NCBI GenBank assembly: GCA_031411295.1
Contig: JANOAV010000212.1
Coordinates: 32,001 to 96,000 of the forward strand
Reading direction: 5' to 3'
Origin: Verrucomicrobiales bacterium
Lineage (GTDB): Bacteria; Verrucomicrobiota; Verrucomicrobiia; Verrucomicrobiales; V1-33
Length of the DNA: 64,000 bases
Below the pieces are notes generated by a model. The model was not told the origin of the DNA, ran no database searches, and was given only the letters and a program-made list of their open reading frames with translations. Positions 1 to 9,738 of this stretch are shown in pieces. The translations under genes were made by a program, and so were the position numbers. The first letter of the stretch is position 1, and each line of letters opens with the position of its first letter.

Positions 1-515
1 GAGAAGGCGATAATCAAACAAGCCACTTGGCTGCGGGTCAGCGCGGAAATGGCGCAGGTAATGGCCAGGGACGAGGCTCCCACGAGGAAGCTGCCGAGGT
101 AACCACTCAGGATCAGGCCATTGTCAGGCTCGCCCAGCATGTGCACCGTGATTACCATACTGAAGGTTAGGGCCAGAGCGCCAAACAAGATGGTGCAGGC
201 GGCTAGGAATTTACCCACGATTACTTCCCAGACATGTATTGGGAAAGTGAGGAGCAGTTCCATGGTGCCGAGGCGTTGCTCCTCGGACCACAAACGCATC
301 CCCAAGGCCGGGCCGATGAGCATGTAGAACCAGGGATGCCATTGGAAGAAGTCCACCAGGGAGGCGTCTCCTTTCTTCAGGAAGTTGGAGAAGAGGAAGC
401 CAAATGCCATGCTCAAGGCCACGAAGATGGCCATGAAAACGTAGGCCATGGGGCTGGTGAGGTAACCGTAGGCCTCGCGTTTAAAGACGGTAAAGATATT
501 TTTCAGGGATCGCAT
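1..515 (-). CDS. ABC-2 type permease, GldF-like (3' end outside window)
   Basis: Manual translation from ATG at 515: MRSLKNIFTVFKREAYGYLTSPMAYVF...FFQWHPWFY...LGMRLWSEEQRLGTMELLLTFP..GKFLAA, typical GldF/ABC-2 motifs; directly downstream of the ABC ATPase. Confidence 0.8.
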   Translation of the reverse strand, partial: MRSLKNIFTVFKREAYGYLTSPMAYVFMAIFVALSMAFGFLFSNFLKKGDASLVDFFQWHPWFYMLIGPALGMRLWSEEQRLGTMELLLTFPIHVWEVIVGKFLAACTILFGALALTFSMVITVHMLGEPDNGLILSGYLGSFLVGASSLAITCAISALTRSQVACLIIAF

Positions 516-565
516 TTTAGGAAAATGGAAAAGTGGAGAGTAAGGTAGTGAGAGTAGTGAGGTAG

Positions 566-1513
566 TTAGACTTTCACTTGCGCGGTGATTTCACGGAACA
601 TTTCGTCCAGACGTCCGTCGTCCACGTGGAGTTCTCCCAACTGCCAATTCCGGTTCTTGCAGAGGTCGAAGATCTGGTTGGCAATTTCGTTGCGGCCTTT
701 GGCTTTCGGATAAACCAAACCTTGGAAGCCAGCGGCGGTTTCGTTGTCGGTCTCAATGTTTCCGACAGCGGAGAGCAGCCCCAGATCGCCCCGGATGCTG
801 TTGCCAGCGGCTCCAGAAATTTTCACCCGCACACTGCCAGCGCGCTTGGCGCGGCCTTTGAGTTCATCCGGCGTGCCATCGGCCACCACGCGACCTTGGT
901 CGATGATGATGGCGCGGGTGCAGACGGCCTCTACTTCTTCGAGGATGTGGGTGGAGAAAATGATGCACTTATCCGTCCCCATGCGCTTGATGAGCTGCCG
1001 CACTTCATGTTTTTGGTTTGGATCCAGACCGTCCGTGGGTTCATCCAGAATCAGGATATCCGGATCGTGCAGCAGGCTCTGGGCCAGACAGGTGCGGTGG
1101 CGGTAGCCTTTAGAAAGCGTATCGAGCGATTGGTTGGCCACCTTTTCCAGGAAACAAGTGTGGATCGCTTTCTCTACCGCTTCTTTTTTGGCGGCTCCGC
1201 TGATACCACGCAACGCTGCGGTGTAAGCCAGGAATCCGCTGACGCTGAGGTCGGTGTAGAGCGGAGCATTTTCTGGCAGATAACCGATCTTCGCCTTCGC
1301 TTCGACTGGATTATCCAGCATGGAAATTCCCGCTACGCTGATGGAGCCTTCGGTTGGTGGATAGAAGCCCGTGACCATGCGCATGGTGGTGGATTTGCCA
1401 GCCCCATTGGGCCCCAGGAAGCCCAGGACTTCGCCTTTGGTAACGGAGAACGACAGGTTGTTAACAGCCACTTTCGGGCCGAATCGTTTGGTAAGGTTTC
1501 TTACTTCGATCAT
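566..1513 (-). CDS. ABC transporter ATP-binding protein, GldA-like
   Basis: Walker A GPNGAGKST, signature LSKGYR, Walker B ILILDEPT, H-loop STH; start MIEVRNL at 1513. Confidence 0.9.
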   Translation of the reverse strand: MIEVRNLTKRFGPKVAVNNLSFSVTKGEVLGFLGPNGAGKSTTMRMVTGFYPPTEGSISVAGISMLDNPVEAKAKIGYLPENAPLYTDLSVSGFLAYTAALRGISGAAKKEAVEKAIHTCFLEKVANQSLDTLSKGYRHRTCLAQSLLHDPDILILDEPTDGLDPNQKHEVRQLIKRMGTDKCIIFSTHILEEVEAVCTRAIIIDQGRVVADGTPDELKGRAKRAGSVRVKISGAAGNSIRGDLGLLSAVGNIETDNETAAGFQGLVYPKAKGRNEIANQIFDLCKNRNWQLGELHVDDGRLDEMFREITAQVKV

Positions 1514-1709
1514 AATGGTTATTAAAGGAGGAGTTGAAAGATGAACCTTCGGATGCGGGCACAGCGGCACCAAGCGTCTGGCAGGTTCGGAATCAGGGGC
1601 GCTATTGGTGACAGCCTTTGTCTAAATTTCAAAGAAAATTGTCACTGGATTGCACGCTCTTCATCTTTGGGCGTTTCCAAGCCCTAATTCCCAGCCCAAT
1701 CGAAGGTAT

Positions 1710-1952
1710 CTACTTGCTCGGAGCCATGAAGAAGATCAAATAAACCGCCAAGCCCACCAGCGCCAGCAAGAGCATGGCCCAGCGGAAGATAACGCGATCC
1801 CGCTCGGCTTCGGCAGCGTATGGATTGTTCTCCTTGGACCGGCGTTCGCGCACGGCTCCCGCGTGGGAGGCACGCCATTTGACGTCCAGCGGTTCTTTCG
1901 CGGTGGGCTTGCTGGTATTGGGACGGTCCCAGTTGGAGAAATCGTTAGCCAT
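1710..1952 (-). CDS. small membrane protein, hypothetical
   Basis: 80 aa ORF with one C-terminal hydrophobic helix (WAMLLLALVGLAVYLIFF). Confidence 0.5.
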   Translation of the reverse strand: MANDFSNWDRPNTSKPTAKEPLDVKWRASHAGAVRERRSKENNPYAAEAERDRVIFRWAMLLLALVGLAVYLIFFMAPSK

Positions 1953-2044
1953 GGTGATTCGGGGCAAAAACTAATTAGTGATGCGGCATAGAACGCCTTT
2001 GTGACGGGAATGTCAATCTTGCCGCGTGCCCCGCGTGTAAATTT

Positions 2045-3259
2045 TCACGCCCCCAGACGGGTGCGCGCTTTGGCATACCCATGGAGAATCCGTTGCCGAA
2101 AATGATCCCACGTGAACTGATCGATCATCCGCTGCCGACCCGCCGCGCCCATGCGCACCAGTTCTGCGGGGCTATCATAGAAGGCCCGGATGGCGTCCGC
2201 CAGAGCATCCGGATCATTGGGCGGAATAATTTTCCCGTTCACACCATCCACCACTGCATCCCCACTGGCACGGGTCGTAATCTGCGCCAAGCCCGCCGCG
2301 GCGGCTTCAAAGGTGGACTTGGCGGCTCCTTCCAGTTCGCTGGGAAAGACAAACGCACTGGCCGTCGCGAGTTGGGCCGGCACGTTCTGCACAAAGCCCG
2401 CCAGCTTGATGCTGGGGGCGTTGCATTCTCGCAGCACCGGCTCGATTTCTGGATGCAGCGTCCCCACTAATAAGAGTTCAGCATCGGGCAAATTCAATTT
2501 CTGCCACGCGCGGAGTAGGTGATGCACGCCCTTCCGTTCAATGAGCGCCCCCACGAAGATGAGTCGAAACAACGGCGGTGGGTTGTGCGGCTGAAAGGCT
2601 GCCGGATTCACCCCACGCGCCACGTAATGTAATTTCTCCGCCGGGATTCCCGCTTCGAGAAACGTCTCCGCCGCCCGCGTGGAAGGCATGAAGAGCACGT
2701 CCGCCAGTTCATACTCCAGCAAATTACGCTGCCGACTGGGCACCAGTTTTGCTTTCCAGGTGCCACCACCCTGATCGTGAGTCTCCCGCTCGCTGCGGGA
2801 GAAAAATCCTTTTTGCGCGCCCTTGTTCCGATGCCACGTGGGAATGTCCAACACACTCGGCACCTTCAGTTGGCGGGCCGCCACCAGCGTGCGCAGGGCA
2901 TCGCCCGACCAGCCATGGAAGCCATCGTAATTCCCGTGCCGCAACTCCCGCTCGGCCACCCAATCCACGTAATGTTTCTTGGCACCATAATAATACTCAC
3001 TATCCAACCACGACAGCGCCCGCACCGGATGCCATGCCAGGCTGCGCACCAGTTGGGCGGGAATTTCCTCCTGCTGATTGGCAAATGCCACCACCTTCCC
3101 TAACCGACCTTCCCGATAGGATGCCCTTGCCCCTTCCAGCGAGGACACGTCCAACCCCGACCCACCCAAGCGCGCACTGGTGGTATAGAGCAACCGTTGC
3201 GGCAGCAAAGCCGCCGCCGGAGGAGAGTTGGGAAAATCTGTGAAAGCAGGATCGAGCAC
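2045..3259 (-). CDS. GT4-family glycosyltransferase (start uncertain, GTG at 3259 assumed)
   Basis: FVGALIERKG, FVFPSELEG..KSTFEAAAAG (E-x7-E), DGVNG..IPPND. Confidence 0.85.
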   Translation of the reverse strand: MLDPAFTDFPNSPPAAALLPQRLLYTTSARLGGSGLDVSSLEGARASYREGRLGKVVAFANQQEEIPAQLVRSLAWHPVRALSWLDSEYYYGAKKHYVDWVAERELRHGNYDGFHGWSGDALRTLVAARQLKVPSVLDIPTWHRNKGAQKGFFSRSERETHDQGGGTWKAKLVPSRQRNLLEYELADVLFMPSTRAAETFLEAGIPAEKLHYVARGVNPAAFQPHNPPPLFRLIFVGALIERKGVHHLLRAWQKLNLPDAELLLVGTLHPEIEPVLRECNAPSIKLAGFVQNVPAQLATASAFVFPSELEGAAKSTFEAAAAGLAQITTRASGDAVVDGVNGKIIPPNDPDALADAIRAFYDSPAELVRMGAAGRQRMIDQFTWDHFRQRILHGYAKARTRLGA

Positions 3260-3462
3260 GTGGAAGAGAGAATCTGTGCTGCATGATGCCCAGTCCCCGG
3301 CCCTCGTCCAGCAAGAAAGCACGGTAGGGTTAGCGGTGGGCACGGCGGATGTTGGCACTGTGTTGGTTGGGCGGGTTTTCCCAGATCCGTGATTTACTTG
3401 ATTGCGGCCGGCCGCTAATTCCTGTATTTCACTCCCTTCTTGCACGCGAACCCACACTCATC

Positions 3463-4299
3463 ATGACACCCTCTTCCTACGTCAAAGAACGTCAAAAACT
3501 CTGGGCACTGAGGCAGAGACGACCGTTCGACCTGCATGGCTGCTGTGCGACTAGCAATGAGAACCTCTTGGAACCATTATCAGACAACGCAATCCGACAA
3601 TTCAATGCGGCAGATGGCGGTGAATTGTCTCCACGGGGGAACGCGCCACCGAAGATGCACTCGTTGCATTCGTCGAGCGCGCTGGCCGTTAACGTCTTTC
3701 ATTTCTGGAGCCATCGGGACCAAACTCCGCTGGCAAAGGCCTTGGGAATCCCATCGCAACGGATTCAGTCGGTGGATTTTGAGAAGCTTTCACCCATTGC
3801 TCCCGACATTGACCGGAAAAAATTTCCGAAGGATCCAAACATTGACGTTGTGATCAATTACGAGAGTGGTCCGTTCCGTGAAGTGGGGATTGAGAGCAAA
3901 TTCTCCGAGGCCTACGGACAGCACGCCGGACTAAAAGACGCTTACCTCCAGGAAGAGTCCCTCTGGGAAGGAATCCCAAACTGCCGCCAATTTGCGGAAC
4001 GACTCCGGGAACCAGCAAAAGTTCACGGGCTGAACACACCGCAATTGTTGAAGCATCTGCTGGGACTGAAGCACCGTGCAGGAATCGGAAATTTCTGGTT
4101 GGTCTATTTATGGTATGCCACCCCGGGGAGCGAGTTAGGTGAGCATTTCACCCAACTTGAAGAGTTCAAGGAGATCCTAGCCCAAGATGGAATTCGGTTC
4201 CATTTCAGAACCTATCAAGAAGTGATCTGCAACCTAGCCGGGACCGTGCGCTCAGACCACCAAGGCTACGTTGATTATCTGGTGGAACGCTATCTTTGA
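3463..4299 (+). CDS. PGN_0703-like putative restriction-type (PD-(D/E)XK) endonuclease
   Basis: HSSSALAVNVF, PNIDVV...IESKFSE, QLLKHLLG motifs. Confidence 0.65.
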   Translation: MTPSSYVKERQKLWALRQRRPFDLHGCCATSNENLLEPLSDNAIRQFNAADGGELSPRGNAPPKMHSLHSSSALAVNVFHFWSHRDQTPLAKALGIPSQRIQSVDFEKLSPIAPDIDRKKFPKDPNIDVVINYESGPFREVGIESKFSEAYGQHAGLKDAYLQEESLWEGIPNCRQFAERLREPAKVHGLNTPQLLKHLLGLKHRAGIGNFWLVYLWYATPGSELGEHFTQLEEFKEILAQDGIRFHFRTYQEVICNLAGTVRSDHQGYVDYLVERYL

Positions 4300-5066
4300 A
4301 TGCAAGACGGGCCTGACTTAATATACTGTGGCCCCGGACCCGCTTCCACGACTTGTCGCGGAGTCACCAGATCCAGCACGCCATGGCGATGAACGGCTTG
4401 CAGTGGATAGCCCGCATAATGATAGGCTGCGATGACGAGGGTGGCGCAACTGAAGGACTTGGCGATGTCTGATCGGGTGTTGGGCCGCAGCCCCTTGTTG
4501 TATAGTCCAAGCACGGCGGTGAAATCATATTTGGCAGCAGGGAGATCGTCCTGGCCGGTGGTGATACGGGTAAACTCCGCCAGCTTGGCGAGATCCACGC
4601 GGCCCGCCTGGGGCCGGAAGAGCAGCCAGGATTTGTCCGTGAGATACGCTTGGTCATCCTTGGCATTGGCAGCCTGGCCGAGCGCAATTTGCAGGAGGTT
4701 CCAATGCTCCCCTGCGATTCCAGGAGTGACCAAGGCCAGGTGTCCGTAGCGGAAGAGTTCGTAGGGGATTTTCTGGATGGTGCCTTGTTTTAGGTAGCCT
4801 TGGGCTTCGGCGTGACTCATGTGAAAACAGATCAGATCGCCCGGGCGCACGAGGGCGATGACCTCGACAGCCTCGGGTTTGCCGGGCGCATAGCGGGCGA
4901 TTTCGGTGAAGGCTGCGCACTCGGCTTTGGGTGGCGATTCCGTCCAGCGGAAAGGGATTCGCCCGCTATGCAGCGGTGCCGTGGACGATTGGCCAGCGCA
5001 GGATGCCAGCGTGAGACCAACCATCAAGAGGGCAGCAAATTTAGATGAGGGCCGGATTGATTTCAT
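4290..5066 (-). CDS. permuted papain-like NlpC/P60 (YiiX/YebB-like) lipoprotein
   Basis: Lipobox LASC; RPGDLI, catalytic His (YGHLALV) precedes Cys (FSCATLVIAAY); YDF and TP motifs. Confidence 0.7.
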   Translation of the reverse strand: MKSIRPSSKFAALLMVGLTLASCAGQSSTAPLHSGRIPFRWTESPPKAECAAFTEIARYAPGKPEAVEVIALVRPGDLICFHMSHAEAQGYLKQGTIQKIPYELFRYGHLALVTPGIAGEHWNLLQIALGQAANAKDDQAYLTDKSWLLFRPQAGRVDLAKLAEFTRITTGQDDLPAAKYDFTAVLGLYNKGLRPNTRSDIAKSFSCATLVIAAYHYAGYPLQAVHRHGVLDLVTPRQVVEAGPGPQYIKSGPSCIQR

Positions 5067-5904
5067 GAGCGATGGATTTGGTGGAGATGAGTCCAGCGGG
5101 GAGCCAGCGGGGATCGAAGGTGAAGCGGTGAATCATGAGCATGCCACAGGTGAGGTCAGCGAAATCAATCAGCAACAGAATGCCAAGATGAAGGCCAACC
5201 ATGGCAAACCAGGCCCATTTTCTGGTGCGCGGATGCAGACAGCACGGGAGGAATGCTAACTCCGCCGCCAGGCTGCCCCACGTGAGGGATTTCAAAATTA
5301 AGTCCGGCAGCGCCAGGGTCAGGCCACGCAATGGGGAATGGCGCGCCAGGGGATTTTCCAACAGTCTGGCGATCGCAGTGCCATCGATCCAACTGGGGCT
5401 GCCCAGTTTAGTTATTCCGCCGAACAAATAACCAACTGCCAACAGCGTCCAGGCGCACACCAAGACCATTTGCGGCAGTTGCCAGTGAGGCGGTGGAGTG
5501 CCTCGGAGTTTCTCGCCCGGAGGAATCAAGGCGCAGAGCACTAGCATAAGCCCAATATACGCCAGCGAGGGATTGGCCGTGAGGTTGTTGCGATGAAACA
5601 GCGCCGTGGCACCAAACCACAAGAGGAGCGAAATGGTGCGACGCGCGAGACCCACGGTGAACCCCAGCGCAAGCACGGTCAGGCTGATGGTCCACGCGAA
5701 GGCCAGAGTGCTGCTGTCCCACCAGACCAGGGGATTGGGGAACAGCCCGTGGAGGGGATTCAAACTGGCATCCGGCAGGACTCCTGTGGAACTAAATAGC
5801 TCGGCGGACCACGGGATCAGCATTCCAAAATGAATCGTTAGGTAAATGCCGAACACGACGCGGAAGCAGGCGAAGCATCGGCTGGAGGCAGGTGAGGAGA
5901 TCAT
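5041..5904 (-). CDS. HTTM-domain (vitamin K-dependent carboxylase-like) membrane protein
   Basis: FRVVFG N-terminus, HRN, YLFGGITKLGSPSWIDG, E-L..LH.GI motif; multiple TM helices. Confidence 0.75.
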   Translation of the reverse strand: MISSPASSRCFACFRVVFGIYLTIHFGMLIPWSAELFSSTGVLPDASLNPLHGLFPNPLVWWDSSTLAFAWTISLTVLALGFTVGLARRTISLLLWFGATALFHRNNLTANPSLAYIGLMLVLCALIPPGEKLRGTPPPHWQLPQMVLVCAWTLLAVGYLFGGITKLGSPSWIDGTAIARLLENPLARHSPLRGLTLALPDLILKSLTWGSLAAELAFLPCCLHPRTRKWAWFAMVGLHLGILLLIDFADLTCGMLMIHRFTFDPRWLPAGLISTKSIAHEINPALI

Positions 5905-6383
5905 TGGAAAGGGATTTGGTAGGTCCAGGCACTGTCAGGACTGCCTTCGCGCGGGTGGATGATGAGTTCAGCGGAAACCCAATCGGCGGGGATTTCCAGT
6001 TCGGTGCGCAAGGGTGAATGCGGCCCCAGGGCTTGGCTGTGCAAGGTGGTGCGCAAGGTTTCCGGCAGGCGTGGAGCGAAGACGAGGGCTGCGCCATAGA
6101 CGTTGCGACGCATGTAGGGTCCGCGCAGTTTGGAGTAAATTTCCGGAGTGAGCTGAATTTCGCTAGCAGCTCCGGCGGCAGAGGTTCCGCGGATCACGAA
6201 TGACGCCGTGAAGGCTTCGTAGCCATCGGTGGCGCTGAAGACTTTGGTGAAAGGGGCGATCCCGCTGGCAGCCCCAATCCCTTGCAGGATCTTACTTTGG
6301 GTCCAGTAGCCGACCATGCGGGTGAGCCCGAGCACGAGCAGGAGGGACGCGATCCGATTTGGCCAGGGTGAGTTAGGCTTCAT
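5901..6383 (-). CDS. hypothetical membrane-anchored protein in HTTM operon
   Basis: N-terminal hydrophobic segment; stop/start overlaps with both neighbours. Confidence 0.65.
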   Translation of the reverse strand: MKPNSPWPNRIASLLLVLGLTRMVGYWTQSKILQGIGAASGIAPFTKVFSATDGYEAFTASFVIRGTSAAGAASEIQLTPEIYSKLRGPYMRRNVYGAALVFAPRLPETLRTTLHSQALGPHSPLRTELEIPADWVSAELIIHPREGSPDSAWTYQIPFQ

Positions 6384-7176
6384 GGGTCGCAGAGGCAAGT
6401 CGTTGCAGTTGGCAGGCGGTGCGTTTGCCGCAGCCCATGCAGGTGGGAGGAAGGGGAATCTTATGCACGTCTTGGAAACTCAGGATCTTCCCAAACATCT
6501 GTTCGCGCTCCGGCTGGAACCCGCATTGCTTGGGATTGGTGCGGGGGTTGTCGAAGGTGCCGAAGAGCATGTCCCAGATCGGCAGGTCCGCATAGTTTCC
6601 CGTATGCCGTTCGTATTGGTGATGCACCCGATGGGATTCGGGCCGCTGGATGAAATTCCCCAACCAACGCGGGGTGCGGATGTTCCAATGATAAAAGTAT
6701 TCCGCCACCGCCGTCAGCCCGGTATAGATGGTGCCCGCAACCACATCGCAACCTAGCACGAAATAAACCAGCGTGGCTCCGATGAGGGAATTCACGAGAA
6801 TTTCCACCGGATGCTTGTAGAAACTGGTCAGCAATTCGATGCGCGTGGCGGAATGATGCAGTTGATGGCACAGCCGCCAGAAGAATCTCGATTCATGCCG
6901 GATGCGATGCCACCAGTAGTAAATGAACGTGGAAATGAAGTAGGCGATCAGCGCAGCAGTGGGAGCTGAAAAATGTTGTGACAGGTGCAGCAGACTGGAG
7001 GTGGCCAACCAGCGATCCCACGTAAAGCCCGCGAGGATAATAACGCCCGCCTGCAGCACATTGATCAGCGCAATGCGCCACCACCAACCACGGACTTGCG
7101 GTAACGCTGAGCCAGGGGAAAGGCGCTCCACGAGGATGAACGCCACGGCAGTGATTAGGAGAATTGGAATTAACAT
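6373..7176 (-). CDS. sterol desaturase / fatty acid hydroxylase family protein
   Basis: His boxes YWWHRIRH, HQLHHS, YFYHWN, HRVHH and NYADLPIWDMLFGT. Confidence 0.9.
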   Translation of the reverse strand: MLIPILLITAVAFILVERLSPGSALPQVRGWWWRIALINVLQAGVIILAGFTWDRWLATSSLLHLSQHFSAPTAALIAYFISTFIYYWWHRIRHESRFFWRLCHQLHHSATRIELLTSFYKHPVEILVNSLIGATLVYFVLGCDVVAGTIYTGLTAVAEYFYHWNIRTPRWLGNFIQRPESHRVHHQYERHTGNYADLPIWDMLFGTFDNPRTNPKQCGFQPEREQMFGKILSFQDVHKIPLPPTCMGCGKRTACQLQRLASATHEA

Positions 7177-7367
7177 GCTCCGACCCTAAGCGAATCCACC
7201 CAACTCACCGAATTGATAAAACCATTGGCTCTATTGGTTTTGCCGATGGTGGCTCCAGACCGTTTCGGGTGGGGAAAAAAGTCCGCAGGTAAGGACCCGT
7301 GGAGCGGAGGATTTCCCTTTGCCACTGCTTCTCGCAAGCTTAGGCTTGCGATGTTCTCCATCCTCTC

Positions 7368-7553
7368 ATGAATCATCACATCCTAGCCAGTCTGTTCGAG
7401 TTGCAAGAGTCTCACAGGCTCCTCTTCGTTGGCATTATCCTGCTGCTGTATGGCGCCAAGAAAATACCTGAACTTGCTCGTGGCCTCGGCAAGAGCATGA
7501 ATGAATTCAAACGTGCTCGTAAAGAATATGACGACGAGGATGATCGCACCTGA
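7368..7553 (+). CDS. tatA: TatA/E family protein, short paralog
   Basis: [24 protein letters not shown]. Confidence 0.75.
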   Translation: MNHHILASLFELQESHRLLFVGIILLLYGAKKIPELARGLGKSMNEFKRARKEYDDEDDRT

Positions 7554-7756
7554 GTGATTTCACTCTCACCGACGAATACCAAAACCTTCAGTCGAAGGGG
7601 GGTGGCTGAGCAACAGAGCCCAAAAACACGTCCGTCTTCTGAGCAAAATTTCACTTTCATTACTGCGGAATTGCGGGAAACTTTCTTTTGCAACCACCCT
7701 CTGCGGGGTTACCCTAAGTTCGAAATATCCGCCCCAACCCACAACCACATACTTTT

Positions 7757-8053
7757 ATGAACACTCCCATGCTAGCTGGAATCTTTGGCCTTCAAGGGCC
7801 GGAAATGCTGCTGATCGTTGGTCTTGTCCTGCTCCTTTTCGGAGCCAAGAAAATCCCTGAACTCGCTCGCGGCCTCGGCAAGAGCATGAATGAGTTCAAA
7901 CGCGCCCGCAGCGAATTCGAAAACGAAATTAACAACGCGGCCGAAGAATCTGAGCGCGCTGCTGAAATCCAACGCGTGAAAGACGAACGTCTCAAACAGG
8001 AGCGCCTTGCTGCCGCCGAAGCTGCCAAGCCCGTTGAGACCAGTCATTCCTAG
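7757..8053 (+). CDS. tatA: TatA/E family translocase subunit
   Basis: [35 protein letters not shown]. Confidence 0.9.
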   Translation: MNTPMLAGIFGLQGPEMLLIVGLVLLLFGAKKIPELARGLGKSMNEFKRARSEFENEINNAAEESERAAEIQRVKDERLKQERLAAAEAAKPVETSHS

Positions 8054-8064
8054 TCAACCACTGC

Positions 8065-9003
8065 GTGCCTTCACGGCCCTCATCCAATCACGCCACAGGC
8101 AGCCTTCGGGCTGCCTGTTTGGCTTTATTGCTGGTGGGAAATGCCGCATTCGGGGAGGACAAGCCAATCGGAGTTCAGGTTAAGTTTGTCTCCTATAACT
8201 TACACAACTATATCCTCCGCCCAGAAGCGGGTTCCTCCACCCCCGCCAAGTCCGAACGGGAGATTTCCCGCATGGTGAAAATTCTAGCGGAACTGAAACC
8301 CGATATCATCGGACTGGAGGAAATGGGCACGGAGGAGGATTTGACAGATCTGCAGGAACGTCTGCGCGCGGCCGGGATAAATTTACCGGAGCGAGAATGG
8401 GTGGGCGGCCCGGATCCAGTCCGGCATGTGGCTCTGCTCAGTCGATTCCCCATCGCCTCCCGCAACTCCCGGCCCAGTCTGACTTACCAACTGGACAACG
8501 CCCACTTGCCCATGCAGCGGGGGTTGCTGGATGTGACGTTGCAGGTGGAACCGGGCTATCAACTCCGGCTCATCGGCCTGCATTTGAAATCCCAGCGGGA
8601 GGTGGAGGATGCAGATCAGGCGCTGATGCGTCGGGAGGAAGCCCACTTGGCCCGGCTCCACGTGGAGCAAATTCTGACCACCACTCCACAGACCAATCTG
8701 CTGCTTTTTGGCGACCTTAATGAATCACGGGATCAACCTGGCGTGCGGGAACTGAAAGGCCCCATCGGCCAGCCCACGTCGCTGCGGGAACTTGGCCTGG
8801 AAGACACGAATGGGGCCCGCTGGACTTACTATCATGAACCCAGCGATACCTACTCGCATATCGATTACGCAATGGCTTCCCCGGGGTTGGTGCCGGAACT
8901 GCGTCTGAAACTCAGCGGCGTTTACGGCGGTCGGGATTGGTCCGAGGCCTCCGACCACCGACCCATTTTCCTGACGCTCGTCCCCGTGGAACAAAATCCC
9001 TGA
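8065..9003 (+). CDS. exported endonuclease/exonuclease/phosphatase (EEP) family protein
   Basis: SYNLHN, PDIIGLEE, HLKS, GDLN, IDY, SDH motifs; signal-peptide-like N-terminus. Confidence 0.85.
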   Translation: MPSRPSSNHATGSLRAACLALLLVGNAAFGEDKPIGVQVKFVSYNLHNYILRPEAGSSTPAKSEREISRMVKILAELKPDIIGLEEMGTEEDLTDLQERLRAAGINLPEREWVGGPDPVRHVALLSRFPIASRNSRPSLTYQLDNAHLPMQRGLLDVTLQVEPGYQLRLIGLHLKSQREVEDADQALMRREEAHLARLHVEQILTTTPQTNLLLFGDLNESRDQPGVRELKGPIGQPTSLRELGLEDTNGARWTYYHEPSDTYSHIDYAMASPGLVPELRLKLSGVYGGRDWSEASDHRPIFLTLVPVEQNP

Positions 9004-9048
9004 GCGGTGCCTGCTTGCACGGCACCAAGAATAGGCTACGCTGGCACC

Positions 9049-9621
9049 ATGGGCATCCCTAAAACACAAACTTGGATTTCCGCAGAGGAATATTTAAATG
9101 GCGAACCTCTGAGCGAGATCCGCCACGAATACATTGATGGGGAAGTCTTCGCCATGGCAGGCGGCACGCCGAAACATAATACCGTTTCCCTTAATTTTGC
9201 TGGGGAACTTCGCAGCCACCTGCGAGGGAAACCCTGCCGCGTCTTCATGGCAGATGTCAAAGTGCGCATTATTACCTCACAGCAGGATATATTTTACTAT
9301 CCCGATGTCATCGTGGCCTGTGATCCGAATGACGATAACGAGCAGTTCCTGCGCGCTCCGAAACTCATCATCGAAGTGCTCTCCAAGAGCACGCATCGCT
9401 TGGATCGAAACGAAAAATTCCGCAACTACATCACACTTCCCTCCCTAGAGGAATATGTTATCGCGGCACAGGACCGTCCGTGCCTCATGATCCACCGGCG
9501 GAGCAACCAGTGGGTGCCTGAGGTGATCGAAGACCCGGCGGAAATGGTGGTCTTGGAGTCGGTCGGCTTGGAGCTTCCGCTGGCGGCGTTTTATGAAAAT
9601 GTGGTCCCTCCTTTAAATTAA
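9049..9621 (+). CDS. Uma2 (DUF820) family endonuclease
   Basis: RHEYIDG..AMAGG, YYPDV, P.LIIEVLS.ST...D..EK...Y. Confidence 0.9.
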   Translation: MGIPKTQTWISAEEYLNGEPLSEIRHEYIDGEVFAMAGGTPKHNTVSLNFAGELRSHLRGKPCRVFMADVKVRIITSQQDIFYYPDVIVACDPNDDNEQFLRAPKLIIEVLSKSTHRLDRNEKFRNYITLPSLEEYVIAAQDRPCLMIHRRSNQWVPEVIEDPAEMVVLESVGLELPLAAFYENVVPPLN

Positions 9622-9738
9622 GAAATTTTAGCCCAGTCGCGACGCATTGTCTTTGCGATTTCACGATTAAGCGATTGCCCGGCCCGGCAGACGTGCTAAT
9701 TTACCAACCGCATTTTCCGTAATTACTAAAAACCGCCC

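Noticed and set aside
578..1525. Long antisense ORFs (also 17134-18261, 21542-22675, 25270-26070, 32551-33600, 49716-50492)
   Set aside because: Shadow frames of well-supported genes in high-GC DNA; no family motifs
1608..1645. Imperfect inverted repeat GTGACA..CTTTG/CAAAG..TGTCAC upstream of the ABC ATPase
   Set aside because: Short and single; cannot be told from chance or assigned a function
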